Shown here piece after piece: positions 42,193-52,635 of a stretch of DNA of 64,000 bases. The first letter of the stretch is position 1; every line of letters starts with the position of its first letter. The stretch spans positions 17,543 to 81,542 of the forward strand of contig DBFDVR010000013.1 in the NCBI GenBank assembly GCA_048321375.1. The letters run 5' to 3'. The notes under the pieces were generated by a model. That model was not told the DNA's origin. It saw only the letters and a list, made by a program, of their open reading frames with translations, and did not search any database. The translations under genes and the position numbers were made by a program. The DNA is from Collinsella sp. Its GTDB lineage: Bacteria; Actinomycetota; Coriobacteriia; Coriobacteriales; Coriobacteriaceae.

Positions 42193-42958
42193 CACCTCTC
42201 CTCGGAGCGCGCGAACCAGGCCGCGCCCGCCGCCGTGAGCGCGGCGAACGCGAGCGCGCAGACCGCAAGGCCCGCCAGTGTGAGCATGCCGTCCGCCGCG
42301 AGCGCCCCGCCGAGCGCCATGTCCGCCGCGAGTGGCTCGCCGCTCGGCAGCACGGGGATGAAGCTCGTGGGGATGACCATGCTCGCCGACGGCGGAAAGA
42401 GCTGCGGCAGCGGCACCAGCGACCAGGCGAACCCGCCCACGAGCTGCGCGGCGAGCGGGCAGAAGATGCCCGCGAGCATTCCGAGCCGCGCCGTGAGGAA
42501 GAGCCCTGCGGGGATCATCCACGCCGCGGTCACCGTGTTGGCGAGCGCGCAGAGGAGCATCGTGAGGGTGCCCGCGGCCGTGAGGCCCTGCGAGGAGAAC
42601 GCCGATCCCGCGAGGTAGATGCCGAAGACCACGAGGTTCGAGAGCGTGCAGAGAGCGAGGCACCAGAGCGCCTTGGCCCACCAGGCGCGCCCGAGCGGGA
42701 AGCCCAGGCCCAGAAGCCCCCGCATCCGCGTGCGAGCGTCCGCCCGCGCGACGCACGCCACCACGAGCGAGAGAGACACGGGCAGGAAGAGCGCGTACCA
42801 GTAGTTCCACGCGCTGAAGATCTGCACGCCCCGGTAGGGCATCGCGCCGAGCAGCGGCATCGGCAGCGCCATGAGCACGGCCAGGCGAACCGGTGCCGCG
42901 TGGCGCGACTTCAGGGCCTCGGCGCGCAGGCCCGCGAGCAGGCCGCCTTTCTCGCCCG

Positions 42959-42962
<4 letters not shown>
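42192..42962 (-). CDS. Lantibiotic immunity ABC permease (LanE/MutE-like)
   Basis: AE.LK.RH and WNYWYALFLP. Confidence 0.85.
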
Positions 42963-43687
<725 letters not shown>

Positions 43688-43882
43688 GGGTTCGTCCTTT
43701 CTCTTCCGGGCGCGCGGGCCGAGTCGCCGTGCCCGCGCGCCTTACCTTTCGGGTTCACCATCCATGGTGGGGCGCGTTTCTAACGAAGCCGTAACGGCCG
43801 TTGGGCTCTTTTGGCGCCAGCCCTTCTCGACCCGTACGCCACTCATGGTATGTTTATCGCGATAACAAGGACGGAGGTGCCC

Positions 43883-43984
43883 GTGGCACGCAATAAGTGC
43901 CCGGAGGAGACGGTCGAGAAGATTCTCGACGTTGCCGAGCGGCTCCTCGTGGAGCGCGGCAACGAGCACACCACGATGATCTGA
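43883..43984 (+). pseudogene. Truncated TetR-family regulator (N-terminal 33 aa)
   Basis: GGAGG RBS; MARNKCPEETVEKILDVAERLLVERGNEHTTMI-stop. Confidence 0.75.
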
Positions 43985-44210
43985 AGAGCAATACGCTAAA
44001 CCGAAAAAGGTAATCGAAGCCGCGCTTGTGGACTTATCGAGGGTCGAGATTCCCGCCCCATCCATCGGCACCCAGCAGAAGGTCGTCGACATCCTCGACC
44101 GCTTCGACTCCCGCACGGCATCGCTGACCGACTGCCTCCCCGCCGAGATCGAGGCATGGAATCAACAATACGAGTACTACCGCGACCGCCTGCTCGACTT
44201 CCGAAACTAA
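43983..44210 (+). pseudogene. hsdS: C-terminal fragment of type I R-M specificity subunit
   Basis: IPAPSIGTQQKVVDILDRFD...LPAEIE...QYEYYRDRLLDF conserved HsdS tail; no start. Confidence 0.85.
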
Positions 44211-44301
44211 GTGAGAATAAGTTATCGGTACGCTTTTTTATAAAATGTAAAAAAGTACCCCCATAACTGATAAAATTGACACTGAAAAAAAGGGGTGCAT
44301 C

Positions 44302-45537
44302 TTGCGTATATACCGACGTGAAAAGTATCTGAAGCAAATGCGTGGTTTCTACCACGATGACGGGATGATCAAGGTAATCACCGGTGTTCGCAGGTGTGGT
44401 AAATCCTGCCTCATGCAATCAATCGCAGACGAACTTGTGGAATCCGGTGTAGCGAGCGACCACATCATCTATATCGACCTTGACTCACGGGAGAACAGGA
44501 AGGTCAAGACGACCGATGAGCTCGAAAATCTGATTGACATGTCGACCCCAGCAGACACTGAGGGGACGAAGTACCTCTTCATCGATGAGATTCAGAACGT
44601 AGAGGAATTCGAGCTGCTTATCAACGGCTACCGGACAGATGGCGGTTGGTCCATCTTCATTACCGGTTCGAATTCATATCTGCTTTCTGGGCAGCTTGTT
44701 ACAAAGCTGACGGGTCGCTATATCGAGTTCGAGGTGTTCCCACTCGACTTTGCGGAATATATCGATATGAAGCGTTTTCTCGGCAAGCCTGTCAATGACG
44801 TTCTCGTGGGAGAGTTTACCGAGTACCTGACCCTTGGAGGATTTCCCAAAGCGTTGGAGTATGAGGGCGAGGATGAAAAGCGCACCTATATCAAGAGTGT
44901 TATTCATGAGATCTTTGAAAAGGACGTCAAACATTCGAACAAAATTAAGAATGTCTCGGTTTTCGATGCCGTCCAGACGTATCTCATCAACAACTTTGGT
45001 GCGCCGACGAACCTGAAGAACCTCCTTGCGTACTTCAATGATGTCGAGAAGATTCCCATCAAGCGCGAAACGCTCAATCGGTATATCCAGATTCTTGTTG
45101 ACGCGAAGATCCTTTATCGCTGCTCGAGGTTCGATCTCAAGTCTCGGCGATCGCTTATCCGCGAAGAGAAGTACTACCTGGCTGATCCCGGCTTCTATTT
45201 CGCCATGAACACGGATGCGAGGATTAACTACGGGCCGGCGTTGGAGAACGTGCTCTACCTCTATCTTGCATCGCGCGGGTACGAGCTTTCTGTGGGCCGT
45301 ATTGGGAAGCTCGAGTGTGACTTCATCGCTCGTAGGCGCAATGCTTACGCCTACATCCAGGTCTCTATGTCGATTGCCGACAGAGGCGTCGAGGAGCGCG
45401 AGTACAGGCCGTTCGGCCACATCAGGGATGGGTATCCGCGCTACTTGTTCACGCTTGATCCTCTATTGCAGGAGAGGGATGGCGTCAGGCACCTTAACAT
45501 GGCGTCGTTTATGCAAGATGGCGGTGATCTTATTTGA
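44302..45537 (+). CDS. AAA+ ATPase with C-terminal DUF4143-like (PD-(D/E)XK-like) domain
   Basis: GVRRCGKS, FIDEIQ, TGSNS, KYYLADPG, LEN, ECDF...YIQV. Confidence 0.9.
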   Translation: MRIYRREKYLKQMRGFYHDDGMIKVITGVRRCGKSCLMQSIADELVESGVASDHIIYIDLDSRENRKVKTTDELENLIDMSTPADTEGTKYLFIDEIQNVEEFELLINGYRTDGGWSIFITGSNSYLLSGQLVTKLTGRYIEFEVFPLDFAEYIDMKRFLGKPVNDVLVGEFTEYLTLGGFPKALEYEGEDEKRTYIKSVIHEIFEKDVKHSNKIKNVSVFDAVQTYLINNFGAPTNLKNLLAYFNDVEKIPIKRETLNRYIQILVDAKILYRCSRFDLKSRRSLIREEKYYLADPGFYFAMNTDARINYGPALENVLYLYLASRGYELSVGRIGKLECDFIARRRNAYAYIQVSMSIADRGVEEREYRPFGHIRDGYPRYLFTLDPLLQERDGVRHLNMASFMQDGGDLI

Positions 45538-45695
45538 GCGGCGGCCAGATTCTTTTGCTCCCTAGTGCGCAAACAGTGCGGGCATCAAATGAGGACCATT
45601 GCCTCACGTAGAATCGATAGATTGAGGACTTGTTTTGATGTTGACAAGCTTTTGGCCAGTGACTCCTATTGCCGAGTGGGAATAGCGGAAATAAC

Positions 45696-45731
45696 AGCCT
45701 CCGGACCTTTTGGTTCTGAGGCTTTCTTTTT
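45696..45731 (+). terminator. Terminator after the duplicated guaA end
   Basis: AGCCTCCGGACC-tttt-GGTTCTGAGGCT followed by a T-rich tail. Confidence 0.7.
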
Positions 45732-45783
45732 CGTTCTGTTCGGAAGGAGCTCCTTGCCAGAGTCCCATGAATAGCGAACGGCT

Positions 45784-46224
45784 TTATCGAGCGTGTGCGT
45801 TTTCGTAGGCGCCTTTGATTTCTTCCGGCAAATTGTCGGGAATCAGCGTCTCCAGCCTATCCTCGCTGCCATCTTGAATCGCTTGCTCGTAGTACCAGCA
45901 TTTGAACTTCAACATGTCCAGGGCACGGTTCATCTTCGCGATCTCCGACTCCATGTGGGCCTTCCGCTCCTCGAACATGGCCTTGCGCTGGGGGTATGTT
46001 GATGGACCCTCTGCACACCATTTCATGAACAGACGGATGTCCTTGATCTCCATTCCCGCCTTCTTCAGGCATTCGATGACCCGAAGCGCCTCGAGTTCCG
46101 TATCGCCGAATCGGCGAATGCCGGACGTCCGCTCCAGCCCCGGGAACAATCCCTGCTTGTCGTAATACCGCAGCGTTGAGGCGGGCAAGCCGAACATTTC
46201 CGCCACCTGTCCGATTGTGTACAT
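45784..46224 (-). CDS. MerR-family regulator
   Basis: YTIGQVA...STLRYYDKQGL...R.SGIR.F. Confidence 0.95.
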   Translation of the reverse strand: MYTIGQVAEMFGLPASTLRYYDKQGLFPGLERTSGIRRFGDTELEALRVIECLKKAGMEIKDIRLFMKWCAEGPSTYPQRKAMFEERKAHMESEIAKMNRALDMLKFKCWYYEQAIQDGSEDRLETLIPDNLPEEIKGAYENAHAR

Positions 46225-46255
46225 GGCCCCTCCGAATAAATCTCGAATTCATTCC

Positions 46256-46286
46256 TTGACCTAAAGTCAGGTTTAGGTATTACCTT
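46256..46286 (+). promoter_or_regulatory. MerR-type promoter/operator
   Basis: TTGACC-N19-TACCTT with dyad ACCTAAA-N6-TTTAGGT overlapping the -35 box and spacer. Confidence 0.85.
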
Positions 46287-46492
46287 CATTCTCGTCAATA
46301 CAAATTGGTAGCGCAAGGGGTGGTCCGTAATGGGCAAAACGGTTTTCGCCGGCGGCGTGAACGGTGTGGGCGATATCGCCGGGCATCCCGCTCTGGAACA
46401 GGCGCAACGAATGGGTATGGAAATCTAGGCGGGCTACTTAACCGCGTGGAGGCAGATTCGTGTCCAGAACCATCGATAGGAGGAAATCGATC

Positions 46493-47260
46493 ATGGCAAT
46501 TAAACAGACGGCGGGTAGGGATGCTCTAGGGGACTTTGCCCCCAAATTCGCACAGCTCAACGACGACGTGCTGTTCGGCGAGGTGTGGAGCCGGGAGGGC
46601 GAGCTTTCCTTGCGCGACCGCAGCATAGTGACGATGGTTGCCCTGATGGCGCAGGGGCTGACGGACTCTTCGTTTAAATATCATCTGATGTCCGCAAAGA
46701 ACAACGGTGTGACCAGGGCTGAGATAGCGGAAATCATTACGCACGCGGCGTTTTATGCGGGATGGCCCAAGGCGTGGGCGGCCTTCCGCATGGCGAAGGA
46801 GGTCTGGGCGGACGAGGACGACGGCGCCGACGCAAAGGCCCGACACCAAAACGAGATGGCCTTTCCTATCGGTGCCCCCAACGACGCATTTGCGAAGTAC
46901 TTTATCGGGCAAAGCTACCTCGTGCCCCTTTCCACCGATCAGGTCGGCGTCTACAACGTGACGTTTGAGCCCGGCTGCCGCAACAACTGGCACGTCCATC
47001 GCGCCAAAAGCGGCGGCGGGCAGATCCTCGTCTGCGTGGCCGGTCGAGGGTTTTACCAGGAATGGGGCAAACCGGCACAGGAACTGTGCCCTGGCGATGT
47101 AGTAAATATTCCCGCGGGCGTAAAGCATTGGCACGGAGCCGCGCCCGACAGCTGGTTCTCCCATCTCGCGCTGGAGGTTCCGGGCGAGGAGGCCTCCAAC
47201 AAGTGGTTGGAGCCCGTGGACGACGAGGAATACCTTACAGCGACTAACAAGGAGGCATGA
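46493..47260 (+). CDS. Carboxymuconolactone-decarboxylase-family / cupin fusion
   Basis: DDVLFGEVW..FYAGWPKA followed by FEPGCRNNWH...GVKHWHGA. Confidence 0.9.
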   Translation: MAIKQTAGRDALGDFAPKFAQLNDDVLFGEVWSREGELSLRDRSIVTMVALMAQGLTDSSFKYHLMSAKNNGVTRAEIAEIITHAAFYAGWPKAWAAFRMAKEVWADEDDGADAKARHQNEMAFPIGAPNDAFAKYFIGQSYLVPLSTDQVGVYNVTFEPGCRNNWHVHRAKSGGGQILVCVAGRGFYQEWGKPAQELCPGDVVNIPAGVKHWHGAAPDSWFSHLALEVPGEEASNKWLEPVDDEEYLTATNKEA

Positions 47261-48234
47261 AGATGGAGCAGTTGAAACTGACGCAGGAATGGGACAAGGT
47301 GTTCCCCAAAAACGACAAGGTTGAGCACAGCAAGGCGACTTTCTACAACCGATACGGCATCACGCTGGCGGCCGACGTCTACGTGCCAAAGAACGTGGAG
47401 GGCAAGCTGCCTGCCATCGCCGTCAGCGGTCCGTTTGGCGCGGTGAAGGAGCAAACGTCCGGCCTTTATGCGCAGAAAATGGCGGAGCTGGGCTTTTTCG
47501 CGATTGCCTTCGACCCGTCCTATACCGGCGAGAGCGGCGGTGCGCCCCGCTATGTGGCATCGCCGGACATCAACACCGAGGATTTCTGCGCAGCGGTGGA
47601 TTTCCTCTCGGTACAGGAAAACGTCGATCCGGAGCGCATCGGCATCATCGGCATCTGCGGCTGGGGCGGCATGGCAATCAATGCCGCAGCCATCGACACC
47701 CGCATCAAAGCTACCGCGGCTATGACCATGTACGATATGACCCGCGTGACCGCAAACGGCTACTTTGACGCCGAGGATTCCGAGCAGGCGCGCTTCGAAA
47801 AGCGTAAAGCGCTGAACGCGCAGCGCACCGAGGACTATAAAAATGACAGCTACGCGCTGGCGGGCGGCGTGGTCGATCAGCTGCCCGATGACGCGCCGCA
47901 GTTTGTGGCGGACTATTACGCCTACTACAAGACTCCGCGAGGTTACCATCCCCGCAGCCTGGGCTCCAATGGCGGTTGGAATGTGACATCTTCGCTGTCG
48001 TTTTTGAATATGCCGATCTTACAGTACGCCGGCGAGATCCGCTCCGCCGTGCTGCTGGTGCATGGCGAGAAGGCGCACTCCCGCTATTTCAGCGAAACCG
48101 CGTACGGCAAACTGACTGGAGACAACAAGGAATTGCTCATTATCCCTGGTGCCAGCCACACCGACCTTTACGATCAGATGGACGTCATTCCGTTTGGAAA
48201 GCTGAAAGCGTTCTTTGAGGAGTATTTGAAATAA
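47257..48234 (+). CDS. Alpha/beta hydrolase (Cys nucleophile type)
   Basis: GAVKEQ, GESGG, GICGWGG, ASHTDLYD. Confidence 0.9.
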   Translation: MKMEQLKLTQEWDKVFPKNDKVEHSKATFYNRYGITLAADVYVPKNVEGKLPAIAVSGPFGAVKEQTSGLYAQKMAELGFFAIAFDPSYTGESGGAPRYVASPDINTEDFCAAVDFLSVQENVDPERIGIIGICGWGGMAINAAAIDTRIKATAAMTMYDMTRVTANGYFDAEDSEQARFEKRKALNAQRTEDYKNDSYALAGGVVDQLPDDAPQFVADYYAYYKTPRGYHPRSLGSNGGWNVTSSLSFLNMPILQYAGEIRSAVLLVHGEKAHSRYFSETAYGKLTGDNKELLIIPGASHTDLYDQMDVIPFGKLKAFFEEYLK

Positions 48235-48368
48235 GACGCACCTTGGCTAGTTACTTATGAGCGGCCATGGCAAAGAGATATGGCCTGCGGACGACCGAAT
48301 AGCTCCATCTGTTTTGGTTACAACGAAATGTGTGCCGCGCGCCTGCGGCATGAAGGAGGGAGATTCTT

Positions 48369-48899
48369 ATGAATATCGTTGTATTGAGTGGTAGCCCGCG
48401 TAAGGGCGCCAATACCGACACCATGGTCGAGGCGTTTGCCGAGACCGCGCGCGAGGTCGGCCATACGGTCGAGGTCATCCGCGTTGCCGGCAAAAAGATC
48501 GCTGGTTGTCTGGGATGCCAGTACTGCTTTACCCATGAGGGCACCTGCGTGCAGAAGGATGACATGGCCAACGTGATCGAGTCGCTGAAAGGCGCCGATA
48601 TGGTTGTCTTCGCTTCGCCTATCTACTGGTTTGATATCACCGCGCAGGAGAAGGCCGCCATCGACCGTCTATACGCCTTCGGTGCCACGGGCTTCCCGTT
48701 CACCAAGACGGCCCTTTTGCTCGATAGCCACAGCGAGGGCGTCTATGATGCGGCGATCGCTATGTACAAGTCAACCTGCGCGTACTGCAAGTGGGAGGAC
48801 CAAGGCATTATCACCATCAGCGGTATGACCGAGCGCGATAGCATGGCATCGTCATCCAAGTTGGAAGAGGTGCGAGAGCTCGCTCGCAAGCTCGCCTAA
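48369..48899 (+). CDS. Iron-sulfur flavoprotein / flavodoxin family
   Basis: GSPRKGANT, CLGCQYC...C, ASPIYW. Confidence 0.92.
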   Translation: MNIVVLSGSPRKGANTDTMVEAFAETAREVGHTVEVIRVAGKKIAGCLGCQYCFTHEGTCVQKDDMANVIESLKGADMVVFASPIYWFDITAQEKAAIDRLYAFGATGFPFTKTALLLDSHSEGVYDAAIAMYKSTCAYCKWEDQGIITISGMTERDSMASSSKLEEVRELARKLA

Positions 48900-49008
48900 G
48901 GACAAGAAGAACGCATGGCAATCGGTGTTGGTGGAAAATGCTTGCTATCCTTACCAAGAGGAATGCTGATTGCCATGCGTTGATGCTTCCGCGGACAATT
49001 CCGGCGTG

Positions 49009-50103
49009 CTAAAACGCCTTCTCGTTCAAGAATTCCCTGAACGCGGGAATGTCAAAGCCAACGAGACCACGCCCGCGCTCTCCAATGACGCCGTCCTCCA
49101 GGAGGCGGCGTTTGTATTGACTTGCGTAGTTGCTGGCGACGCCCATGCGTTTGGCTATCTCCGAGACCCTGCTGGGGCCAGAATCGGGCAGCATCGCGAG
49201 CAAAAACTCAATGTCTTTATCGGAAAGCTCCCGATAGGTCGTTTCGAGAATTCGATCGCGCAGCTCCATGCGGGCAAGCAGAGAACCCTGCTGTACATCA
49301 GGTGCACTGATTTTGGGCGAGTTCTCCGAAACATCCCATGTGCGATATCCGACGAGCTGCATCATATAGGGAAATCCGTCGACGGCCTTCACGGCATCCT
49401 CGAGCGCTTCTGGCGTGATTGAGCGGCCTCCGGCCTCAACGGTTTTGCGGAATGCGTTTGCAATTTCAACGTCAGTGATTCGTCCTAATTGATGATATTG
49501 GGAACGTCTGAGGAACGAGACGGAATCGTTGCGTAGCAGTGCCGATACTTTGTAGGGTAGTCCTGCCATGAGTAGGGCGACTTTTTTACCTTCGCGCACA
49601 AAGTGCTGGTAAACAGAGGCAAATTGGAGCATTTCATCAAGATCGACGGTGACTTCATCGATGGTGATGAGAAGTCCGATGTCATGTTTTTCGAGTTGCT
49701 TAAAGATGCCATTCATGCGCGTGCGCCAGTTGCCCTGAGCCTCTTGAGCATATGTCCAATCGATGCCCACTGGGCCAATTTGAACACCGTTTATGCGCGC
49801 GTGAGGCTGTGAGAGGTAGCTATCTGCGGCTTCTTTGGTTCGCTCGATAATATCTTCGAGCATGCCTGGCATGGCGGAGACATTTGCTGCGATCCAGCCG
49901 TGTTCAAGCGCCGTTTCTGAAAGGAGCGAGAGAAGCGCCGTCTTGCCCGTTCCCCTTGCGCCAGTAAAAATGGTTGACAGGTTGGGATCTCCCGGGCCGT
50001 TGATAAAGCCACGGTTGATGTCACGCAGGATATGCTCGCGACCCGCTAGAAAGGGAGGGACGCTTCCGAACGTCGGGGTAAAGGGGTTCTTGCTGTACTC
50101 CAT
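49009..50103 (-). CDS. AAA ATPase with C-terminal winged helix
   Basis: NPFTPTFG..P..LAGR, GARGTGKT, IDE, GFPYMMQL, C-terminal HTH. Confidence 0.88.
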   Translation of the reverse strand: MEYSKNPFTPTFGSVPPFLAGREHILRDINRGFINGPGDPNLSTIFTGARGTGKTALLSLLSETALEHGWIAANVSAMPGMLEDIIERTKEAADSYLSQPHARINGVQIGPVGIDWTYAQEAQGNWRTRMNGIFKQLEKHDIGLLITIDEVTVDLDEMLQFASVYQHFVREGKKVALLMAGLPYKVSALLRNDSVSFLRRSQYHQLGRITDVEIANAFRKTVEAGGRSITPEALEDAVKAVDGFPYMMQLVGYRTWDVSENSPKISAPDVQQGSLLARMELRDRILETTYRELSDKDIEFLLAMLPDSGPSRVSEIAKRMGVASNYASQYKRRLLEDGVIGERGRGLVGFDIPAFREFLNEKAF

Positions 50104-50112
50104 GGTAGCTCC

Positions 50113-50168
50113 TTTGCAAGTTTTGCTAATATTTGCAAGTTTTGCTAACTTTTGCAAGTTTTGCTAAC
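50113..50168. repeat. Three 19-bp-spaced direct repeats abutting the ATPase RBS
   Basis: TTTGCAAGTTTTGCTAA at 50113, 50132 and 50151. Confidence 0.85.
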
Positions 50169-50349
50169 GACTGACCAAAGGGCATCGAAGCAGTGGCGCT
50201 GACATTTTTTACGCAGAAAAATAAGCAGAAATCAATTTATCTGCGTTAAAAAATAGTTGAGAAGAAAAACGACGAGTCCCGGGCGCAATGCCGTTGCGTT
50301 CCGGGCCTCGTCGCTTTGCGAAGTATCTAACGATCTCGTTGCCGTCGTC

Positions 50350-52590
50350 CTAGTCAAACAGACTCGGCATGTCGTTTTCCTTCATGAGGGCACCGGCTGA
50401 GGGGAGGCTCTGCGCGGTGAACTTCTCGGCCGAGACGCCGGCGCCAAGGATTTCCTCGGTCGTGCCGACGGTGGTGACCGAGCGGCCCTTCTTGGCGGTA
50501 AAGGCCTGGACGCCCTGCGTGTTGGTGGTCGTCTTGGTCTTGAGCAGCGACGTGTTGAAGTTCATCAAACGATAGTCGCTCGAGACCAGCGCGATGTCGC
50601 GATCTTCCTTGAGTACCTGGGCATACAGCAGCTTGCTGCCACCGTAAATGGCGTTCTTGAGGCGCTTGCGGTTGGTCTTGGTGACGTATCCAGAAAGCGC
50701 GACGCGCACCACGCGGCCGTTCTCAAAGACAAACAGCACGTCGGCCTTGTAGTCCTCGGGGTCGATGACCCAGATGACGCTCTCGTCGGGTTCCATCTCG
50801 AGATCGGTCGGCAGGTACGAGCCCAGCTGTGCCGACTTGGTATCCTCAAACGCCGCGACTTTGCACTTATACACCTGGCTCTTGTTGGTAAACACGAGCA
50901 GCTCGTGCGTATTGGAGGACGGGAACTCGATAAAGGGTTTGTCGCCGTCCTTGTACTTGAGCGTGGTCGCCTTCTTGAGCACGCGGTCCGTCATCTTCTT
51001 AAGATAGCCATCGCGCGAGAGCATGATGGTAACCGGGTACTCCTCGACCTCGGGCTCCAAGCTTACCTCGATAACCTCGTGGGGCTCAATCCTGCCCGTG
51101 CGGCGCGGCATCACGTACTTCTTGTTGACCGCGGCCAGCTCGTCGCTGATGACCTTCTTGATGTTCTCCTCGCTGGAGAGGATCTCCTCAAGCTCGGCAA
51201 TCTCGCCCTCAAGCTTGGCAATGTCCTTGGTGCGGTTGAGGATGTACTCCTCGTTGATGTTGCGGAGCTTAAGCTCGGCAACAAACTCGGCCTGGGTCTC
51301 GTCGATGTCGAAACCCTTCATAAGGTTGGGCACGACCTCGGCTTCGAGCTTGGTGCCGCGGATGATGGCGATGGCCTTGTCGATGTCGAGCAAGATCGCC
51401 TCGAGGCCGTGCAGCAGGTGCAGGCGCTCGGACTTTTTGCCCAGGTCAAAGTTGATACGGCGACGTGTGGACTCAATACGCCACTTGACCCACTCGTGCA
51501 AGATCTGGCGCACGCCCATAACGCGGGGATAGCCGTCGACCAGCACGTTAAAGTTGCACGAGAACGAATCCTGCAGCGTGGTCGAGCGATAGAGCTTGGC
51601 CATGAGCTTGTCGGGATCGACGCCGCGTTTAAGGTCGATGGCGATGCGCAAGCCCGAGAGGTCGGTTTCGTCGCGGATGTCAGCGATCTCCTTGACCTTG
51701 CCCTCTTTGGAGAGCTTGACGATGCGCTCGATGATGACATCGGTCTTGGTGGTGTAGGGGATCTCGTAGACCTCGATAATGCGCTCTTCGGGAATCCAGC
51801 GCCAGCGGGAGCGGATCTGGAAGCTGCCAAGGCCGGTCTCGACGATCTTCTCCATCTCCTCGCGGCGGTAGATAATTTCGCCGCCGGTCGAGAAGTCGGG
51901 CATGGGCATGTACTCGAGCAGGTCGCAGTCGGGATCCTGCAGGTAGTGCATGGTGGCGGTGCAGACCTCGTTGAGGTTGAAACCGCAGATGTCGGACGCC
52001 ATGGCGACGCCGATGCCCTTGTTGGCCGAGACGAGGATATTGGGGAATGTGGTGGGCAGCAGGCGCGGCTCCTTCATGGCGCCGTCGTAGCTGTCGACAA
52101 AGTCGACCGGGTCCTTGTCGATGTCCTTGAAGATCTCGGCGCTGATGGGGGAGAGCTTGGCCTCGGTGTAACGCGAGGCGGCGTAGCTCAGGTCGCCCGA
52201 ATAGTACTTGCCAAAGTTGCCCTTCGACTCCACGAAGGGCGCAAGCAGCGCTTCGTTGCCCGTCGCCAGGCGCACCATCGTCTCGTAGATCGCGGCATCG
52301 CCGTGCGGGTTGAGCTTCATGGTCTGGCCCACGATGTTGGCGCTCTTCTGGCGCTCGCCCTTGAGCAGACCCATCTTGTACATGGTGTAGAGCAGCTTGC
52401 GGTGCGAGGGCTTAAAGCCGTCGATCTCGGGGAACGCACGCGAGACGTTGACGCTCATGGCGTAGGGCATGTAGTTGACCTCGAGCGTCTGCGTGATCGG
52501 CTGGTCGGTGACCTCGGAGTGCAGGCCGATGACGTTCTCGGCGTTGACCTGCTTTTTCTTGGGCTGGTTCTTCGTCTTCTTCTTTGCCAC
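50350..52590 (-). CDS. parC: Type IIA topoisomerase subunit A (ParC/GyrA family, probably topo IV-like)
   Basis: DGFKP, PHGD, AASRYTE; short C-terminal domain with no recognisable GyrA box. Confidence 0.85.
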   Translation of the reverse strand: MAKKKTKNQPKKKQVNAENVIGLHSEVTDQPITQTLEVNYMPYAMSVNVSRAFPEIDGFKPSHRKLLYTMYKMGLLKGERQKSANIVGQTMKLNPHGDAAIYETMVRLATGNEALLAPFVESKGNFGKYYSGDLSYAASRYTEAKLSPISAEIFKDIDKDPVDFVDSYDGAMKEPRLLPTTFPNILVSANKGIGVAMASDICGFNLNEVCTATMHYLQDPDCDLLEYMPMPDFSTGGEIIYRREEMEKIVETGLGSFQIRSRWRWIPEERIIEVYEIPYTTKTDVIIERIVKLSKEGKVKEIADIRDETDLSGLRIAIDLKRGVDPDKLMAKLYRSTTLQDSFSCNFNVLVDGYPRVMGVRQILHEWVKWRIESTRRRINFDLGKKSERLHLLHGLEAILLDIDKAIAIIRGTKLEAEVVPNLMKGFDIDETQAEFVAELKLRNINEEYILNRTKDIAKLEGEIAELEEILSSEENIKKVISDELAAVNKKYVMPRRTGRIEPHEVIEVSLEPEVEEYPVTIMLSRDGYLKKMTDRVLKKATTLKYKDGDKPFIEFPSSNTHELLVFTNKSQVYKCKVAAFEDTKSAQLGSYLPTDLEMEPDESVIWVIDPEDYKADVLFVFENGRVVRVALSGYVTKTNRKRLKNAIYGGSKLLYAQVLKEDRDIALVSSDYRLMNFNTSLLKTKTTTNTQGVQAFTAKKGRSVTTVGTTEEILGAGVSAEKFTAQSLPSAGALMKENDMPSLFD

Positions 52591-52635
52591 GATTTCCTCT
52601 TGAACTTCTTATGGGCCGTCGTTATCGATTTGCTG

